A stretch of DNA of 64,000 nt from the human T2T-CHM13v2.0 reference genome, Homo sapiens, in assembly GCF_009914755.1 (NCBI RefSeq), contig NC_060928.1, one strand, 5' to 3'. The notes under the pieces are model-generated. The model saw only the letters and a list, made by a program, of their open reading frames with translations. It did not search any database and was not told where the DNA came from. A program made the translations under genes and the position numbers. How positions within the stretch are numbered: position 1 is the first letter of the stretch; every line of letters starts with the position of its first letter. Shown in pieces: positions 17,284 to 64,000 of this stretch.

Positions 17284-17519
17284 GACTAATGAGTAGAAAT
17301 TTCTAGTTTCAATGGCTGTGTGATGTGTGATACAGCTGGCATGAGTAAACTACTTCTCATATTTGATTTTTAAAAGGGCATTGGATGATGAAAATTAAAC
17401 GGTATTTATACGACACTGTCCAAGAAGAAACACGAATATTCTGGGCCACTAGAGACGTCTGCAGTATGTCAGGGGAGCGATGTTCTGTACCTGGATAACA
17501 CTTCCTTCTAGACATTCTA

Positions 17520-17957
17520 CTCACTATGCCAAAGGAAAAGTTAAGCCTGGGAACTGAGACACTCCAAAACTGCCTTCCTTTTGTTCCCAAACATAGCTGT
17601 AATTTCACACGGTTGCTTTATCTTATGTAAAATGTAGATTTACTGAGCACGAGATAAATGCATCATTGACTTTCCCTCCATTCCCTTGTTTTCATGTGCT
17701 AAATGTAGATTCACTGAGCACCAATAATAAGAGCTCACAAGAATGTAACCATTTGCCTCACTGTCTACCCTCTTTTTATCCCCCGCTCCTGCTTGCTCTT
17801 TCCCCTTTAAATACCGAAGTTCCTCAAACCCTCTTTGGGAAAAGCACAGGACAGGTCCTCCTGTGACTGGTGTTTCTTTTTCCCGGGCACATCCTTAGCC
17901 TTGGCAAAATAACTCTCTCATGGACTGAGTGCTGCTTCAGGCACATTTTCGTTTACA
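17520..17957 (+). mobile_element. ERV1 MER4-group LTR fragment
   Basis: ccctttaaataccgaagttcctcaaaccctctttgg...ccttggcaaaataactctc...gtttaca, a typical MER4-group 3' end. Confidence 0.55.
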
Positions 17958-18154
17958 CTTTTAACCTTTTCTGACTTCATCCTCAAGGACATTTCTTTCA
18001 TGCACATGTGAAAAATCAAACTCTACCAAGCAGCTGTTCATTCCCTTGAATGCTGACACTTAAATAACATCACAACTAAGAGAGTTGCTTTCTCAGGACA
18101 GCAGTTCAGAACCATAAGACTTCGGAGGTAAAGAAAGCAGGGAGAGCATAACGC

Positions 18155-18837
18155 TAAGTTTCTTGGAAATTTTTTTATTCTCCTTGCCAACATTTCTTTT
18201 GACATTTTATTACTTAATTATGTGACATTAAGAAATAATTTGGTTGCATATTATTTTCAAAAAGCAGTAAGAAAGTAGCTATTGAGAAAGAAGGAGGGCC
18301 ATAGGTTTTTCAATAAAACGTTAGAAACATTATAAAAAACGAGACTCCCATTACATGGAAACACATGATCAAAGATCAGACTAACACACATTCAAACAGG
18401 CTTGGTTCGAAATAGAGTTCTCCATTTCTTTCAGATGAGCCTTTTTTCTTAGGCTCTTTCAGAAGCACTTCACAATGAACAGAGGTCTTGCCAGCTCATT
18501 TCATTAGCGGAGAAGCAAAGGTATGATGGCAGAATCATGAGAAGATGGAAATAAGGCCTGAGGATATGGCTTGATCTCTGAGACCAATTATCTTTGAGTT
18601 ATTCAGGCCAGGATAGAAGCTTAGAGAGGATCGAGGCAAACCATGAAGGGAAGGGAATGCAGGACAATGCCCATTACTGGCTTTACCACAAACTCCAAAT
18701 CTCCTGGACCCACTTCGCAAGGTTGTAAAGTTAAATGAGGAAGGAGCCTGCATTGTTTGTAACATAATACAATACTTTCACTTTGTCTTATTTTTTAAGG
18801 TGCAGCTCTTCAAGAATTTCATTTTTTAAAAAATCAT
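18155..18837 (-). other. NAAA: NAAA terminal 3'UTR exon (exon 11; 3' end approximate)
   Basis: Strong acceptor ttttttcttcccttacag| (AG at 18838-18839). AATAAA on the minus strand at 18206-18211 and 18174-18179. Confidence 0.8.
18174..18211 (-). terminator. Tandem AATAAA polyadenylation signals of NAAA
   Basis: TTTATT on the plus strand at 18174-18179 and 18206-18211. Confidence 0.7.
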
Positions 18838-18877
18838 CTGTAAGGGAAGAAAAAAACGCATTTAATTCAAAGACTGA

Positions 18878-19208
<331 letters not shown>

Positions 19209-19402
19209 TAAAATATCTAATGATGACAATCTGACACAAATGACAATGCCAGATGCTTGTCAGAAAATATTATATATGTATACATTTTAAGGATGTTACC
19301 ACCCTCTGTAAGAAATACCAGCACACACCCACCTCACCCCCTCTCCACAAAACAGTAACAACAAACCTTTCACAGCACGGGCGAACTCGCTCTTCTGCTG
19401 AC

Positions 19403-45620
<26,218 letters not shown>

Positions 45621-45818
45621 CTAGCCCGCCCCGACTCTCCATCGGGCCTGGAGGTCCCTGACCGCGGGGCCGCTAAGGGTTGGGGCTGCCGGCAGCCGGC
45701 TTCTCACCAACTGCCGGTTCCAGCGCACCTGCTTGGGCCGAAGGAGTGTAGGCTGCGGCCGGGAGGGGCTGTAAGATTTTCAGTAGCGAAAAGGTGTCAG
45801 GAAAGACTTTTCAGTTAA

Positions 45819-48495
<2,677 letters not shown>

Positions 48496-48930
48496 GCCCA
48501 AAGTATACATGAGAACTTAGTTTATCATAGATATCGCATTGTTTATCTGTGGAGATATCTGCAACATAGGTAATTGATAAAGAATTAGTATCTAGAATGC
48601 ATAAAGATCTCCTATGTTTTTATTACTAAAAAAAAAAAAGGAAAACAAAAGGCTATAAAAAGAGGAAAACCCAAATGAACATAAAAATGTGAAGTTATTT
48701 CAACCTCTCTAGTAATCAATGAAATGCAAATTAAACCATGATACCATTTCATAAACAAAGGGTTGTCTTAAGTTTCAAAGTCTAATAACATCTTGTTGAC
48801 ATGGATGTAGTAAGATACAAACTTACATGAGTTACTGACGAGAATATAGTGTTAATTCAGTATTGCCTAGTAAAGTTGAAGAATTGCAGACCCTACAAAC
48901 CCAGTGATTTCATTTTCAGTTTTCTGGATT

Positions 48931-52352
<3,422 letters not shown>

Positions 52353-53896
52353 GGCTGGAAAAGAACAAGGTGATCTGCCTGCCTTGGCAGAAAAGAACAG
52401 GAACAGCCTGTTTTGAAAAGAACAAAAGACATTGTAAACACTGGAAATGTTTACAATGGGAAATGCTTATTATAATAATGGCTGCATAATACTCTATCAT
52501 GTGGATAAATGATAGTTTTATTCAACCATCTTCACACTGGGATTGGACTGACAAAACATGAAAGCAGAATCTACAGAAGGAAATAAGTTTACTACCTAAG
52601 AAATGGTCTATACAAATATAAGCTTATGCTATTTAAGGAGTACAAAATTAGCTGTGTTCTCTGCTTTTATTTGCATTTGTAAACACGTGCAGACCAAAGA
52701 CTCTGCTAATATTGGAAAGGTTCTTTCTAGAGCCTTGACCTTGTAAGAGAAAAGGCTACAAGTCATTGTCCTATATTTTTATTCATATTTAAGATCTTTT
52801 AAAAAATCTCATAAAGTACATTTCAAAAGAACATAAGCAATTGATGAAAGACTGTCACTTGGTAGAACTATATTATCTATATATGGTTTTAAAATGTGTT
52901 ATCTAAAATAGTTTAAAGAACAGAATATTCTGAGTAAACATTCTAGTTGAAATGGAGTTGCAATGCAAGTCTATACAGAGTAAATTTTCAAAGGATTAGA
53001 CTTTGAAGAAATAACATTTATATTAACCATGGTCACTTGCTGAGATCATATAGCTAATATATCAGCATTCTGGATTTATATACCACTTTTATACATTATG
53101 AGCCTGGACAAAGTTAAGTTCATCCCTGAATGGCTTCATTCTCTATGTTGACAAAATTTGAGACTAAATAGCTCAAGTTCAGACACTGATGACTTCTTCA
53201 AAGTAGAATTCACCTTGCAAGCTCACCTACCCTCTAATGAAGCATTCACCCTTCTGAGAATCTCATCTTCAAATGGATAGCAAACAAAATATTCTCAAGA
53301 GAAGATTTGGAAAACAATAAAAGGAATCAGATAGAAATAAGATACTATGGGATTAAAGAAATAAAAGTTCAGAATATGCATTTATAAACCACATACTGTA
53401 TCTTTCTGTCTTGCATGTAAGAAAGGCTAGTTAAGAAGAGGGTGAGGGCACAGTAGAAGAACAGAAGTCAGAACACAGAATGGACTTTGGTCTCTTGGTA
53501 TCTGAGTGGGAAAATCTAGAGGAAGGATGAAACTTCCAGGCGCCATCACAATTCACACAATAAAGCTATAAAAACTTGTTGCTATTTTGAATTGAATTTT
53601 TTTCACTTTCTGGATCCAGACACAGGAGGAGACACCCAGTTCAAAAATGCGAAAAAAAAAAAAAAAAAGGAGCAGTTTCCGGTCTAAAATATACAAATTT
53701 GCATCGAACACTTCCTGTAAAGCACTGTAGTTGCTGGGGCTTGACTCTGGTGACTTGACTAATCCCCCAACAGCAATCTGGGGCATTTTAGGGAAAGTCT
53801 CTAAGTCTCATTGAAATAAAACTGAAGTTGAATGTAGAAAGTGAACAGAAGAAACTGGAAAGGAAATAAGAACACTGGTTTTAGAAACTGCTTTCT

Positions 53897-54227
<331 letters not shown>

Positions 54228-54379
54228 CTACCACAACATTATCTGAGAAAGCTGAAGCAAAAGGCACCAAACTATTTCCAAATGCAAAAAATTGCATGCA
54301 AACAGACTGTCCCCTGAAATGGATGTAGCACGCCTGTGGAACGTAGAACACCACACACCACTCCACATACAAAGGTACG

Positions 54380-55215
54380 TATTTGGCATTAGAAACCTTT
54401 TATTGAGACAAGGTAAACAGTGGGCTGAAAATATTACAGGCTGAAGGAAGGCTGAGGAAACCAGTATGAAGGCAGCTCAAATGATGAACTAAATGTATTC
54501 CAAAGGTACTATTTATACTTAAGGCAGTTTTAAAAGTGAGGTCTTAACCAAAAAGCCTTTACATGGCATTCAAAACAAAAACAAAAACAAAAAAAACACG
54601 GGGGGGGGGGGGGTCACTTAAATCTCTTGGATTGACTAAAAGAGCTAAATTATGTACCCAAAATCTGTACAGCAGGGGCCTGTTTTCAGCAGGAAAGCCT
54701 ATGTACAAGTAAGAACCTCTTACTCTTGTAACATTGTCCTGTTTTGTTTTGTCTTATAAGAATATATAACTCCTATCCTCACAGAGTTAGTCCATAAGGC
54801 CTCAGTGACCTCACAGAAATATGGAGTTAACCTCTACTACAGAACTATTTACACTGCACTGTAAATACACATATGTGTGTCCACCCTCACAGCTAAGCTG
54901 TCAATGCCTTGAGTGAAGGGGTTACAGCTCATTCGTTTTGCATCTACAGTGACAATGAATAGGCACTCAATACATACTTTTTTTTGCATGAATGATAAAT
55001 GAAATGATTTTACATTACCACCACTATTTACATTAACATTCCTACCATTAGCCGTCTCCAAAATAAAAACACAAAATTGCTGCCACATGTTCAGCAGTTT
55101 TCACAATACAGTGTGTCTGGACTTTTTAATGTAAACAAACATGCTTGATTTACCAATTTTCAGAGCAAGGACACAAACTTAGCATTCTTCTAGGAATGGA
55201 AAACTTGCCAGGAAG
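54380..55215 (-). other. SDAD1: SDAD1 3'UTR (3' end approximate)
   Basis: Unique sequence after the stop codon; AATAAA on the minus strand at 54399-54404, followed by GU-rich sequence. Confidence 0.75.
54399..54404 (-). terminator. SDAD1 polyadenylation signal AATAAA
   Basis: TTTATT on the plus strand; the transcribed strand downstream is GT-rich (GGTGTGTGGTG). Confidence 0.7.
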
Positions 55216-62406
<7,191 letters not shown>

Positions 62407-63280
62407 CTGCGTGAAAAAAGCAAACCCACTACTGCCATTTTATGTTGCACATTCAACATAAAGTTGAGATGAAGCAAGCAACAGAAAAGTAATGAACCTT
62501 GAACAGATATATTATTAACCAAGAACTGAGCAATATTTATTGTTAAATAAACAATGTGCCTTTAGTTAATCTAAGGAATAGGAAATAGGCACTGATCAAG
62601 TATCTACCATGAGTCAAAACCTTACAATCACTCTCTCTAACCCTCATAACTCCAAAGAAAAGGAACAGATGCTCAGAGTTTAGTAATGTGCCCCAAGCCA
62701 CACCGCTAAAAAGGCATCCTACACTGAAATCATGAAAATCATGTCTACCTTTAGGGTCATGTTCTTTCAACTAAACCAACTGTGTCCATCAAAACTGCAC
62801 TTGTACATTTATCCTGGCCACGCAGCAGGCATCTAATTTGTCCTATGCGTATTACCCACGTATGAGAATCTAGTTAGTCATTCAGACAACTGAGGTAGAA
62901 TATTTGGGATGTTAAAGAATCCTGAAGACACCTCAATAAAAAGGTATCAGGCTTCTTAATGGAGCCACCACAGTTTAAATTTTCTAAATCACAGACACTG
63001 CAATCTTTCCATGACTCCCTATGATCTTTAAGAGAACGTGCCAGCTCTTTTGTCTGGCATATACATAACCAAGTATGAAAAGGTCTCCAAACTCTATCTC
63101 AAGCCTCCTGTCTTTCTATGTTCCATCTTGTATCCTACATTCTAATAGTTAGTTCCCTAAATCCTTCAAGACTTTGCTCACACTTTGCCTGGAAAGTCTC
63201 TGCTATTCTAGCATTCCTTGCCAAATACCTGGCTCATCAGTCACCATCTCTCCAAAGCCCTTTAAAAAAAAAAAAAAAAA

Positions 63281-64000
<720 letters not shown>

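Overview
Primate (most likely human, 4q21 region) genomic DNA, very rich in Alu and LTR elements. Three protein-coding genes lie head-to-tail on the minus strand. (1) The 5' end of PPEF2: a non-coding exon near 6.7-7.0 kb, the first coding exon at 760-872, and a photoreceptor-type promoter. (2) The complete NAAA gene: 10 coding exons whose hand-derived boundaries add up to exactly 1080 nt (359 aa plus stop), a 3'UTR exon, and a CpG-island promoter near 45 kb. (3) The last five coding exons and 3'UTR of SDAD1. Gene and repeat names come from my recognition of the sequences, not from database searches. I found no convincing new biological system. The most interesting signals concern NAAA 3'-end processing: a splice donor overlapping the stop codon that yields an identical protein, and an alternative terminal exon built from nested LTR8/LTR7 elements. 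Also notable are a 27-bp hairpin in NAAA intron 5, a duplicated intronic segment with an Alu at the same site in both copies, a templated duplication/inversion, an overlapping uORF in PPEF2, and a candidate immune enhancer.
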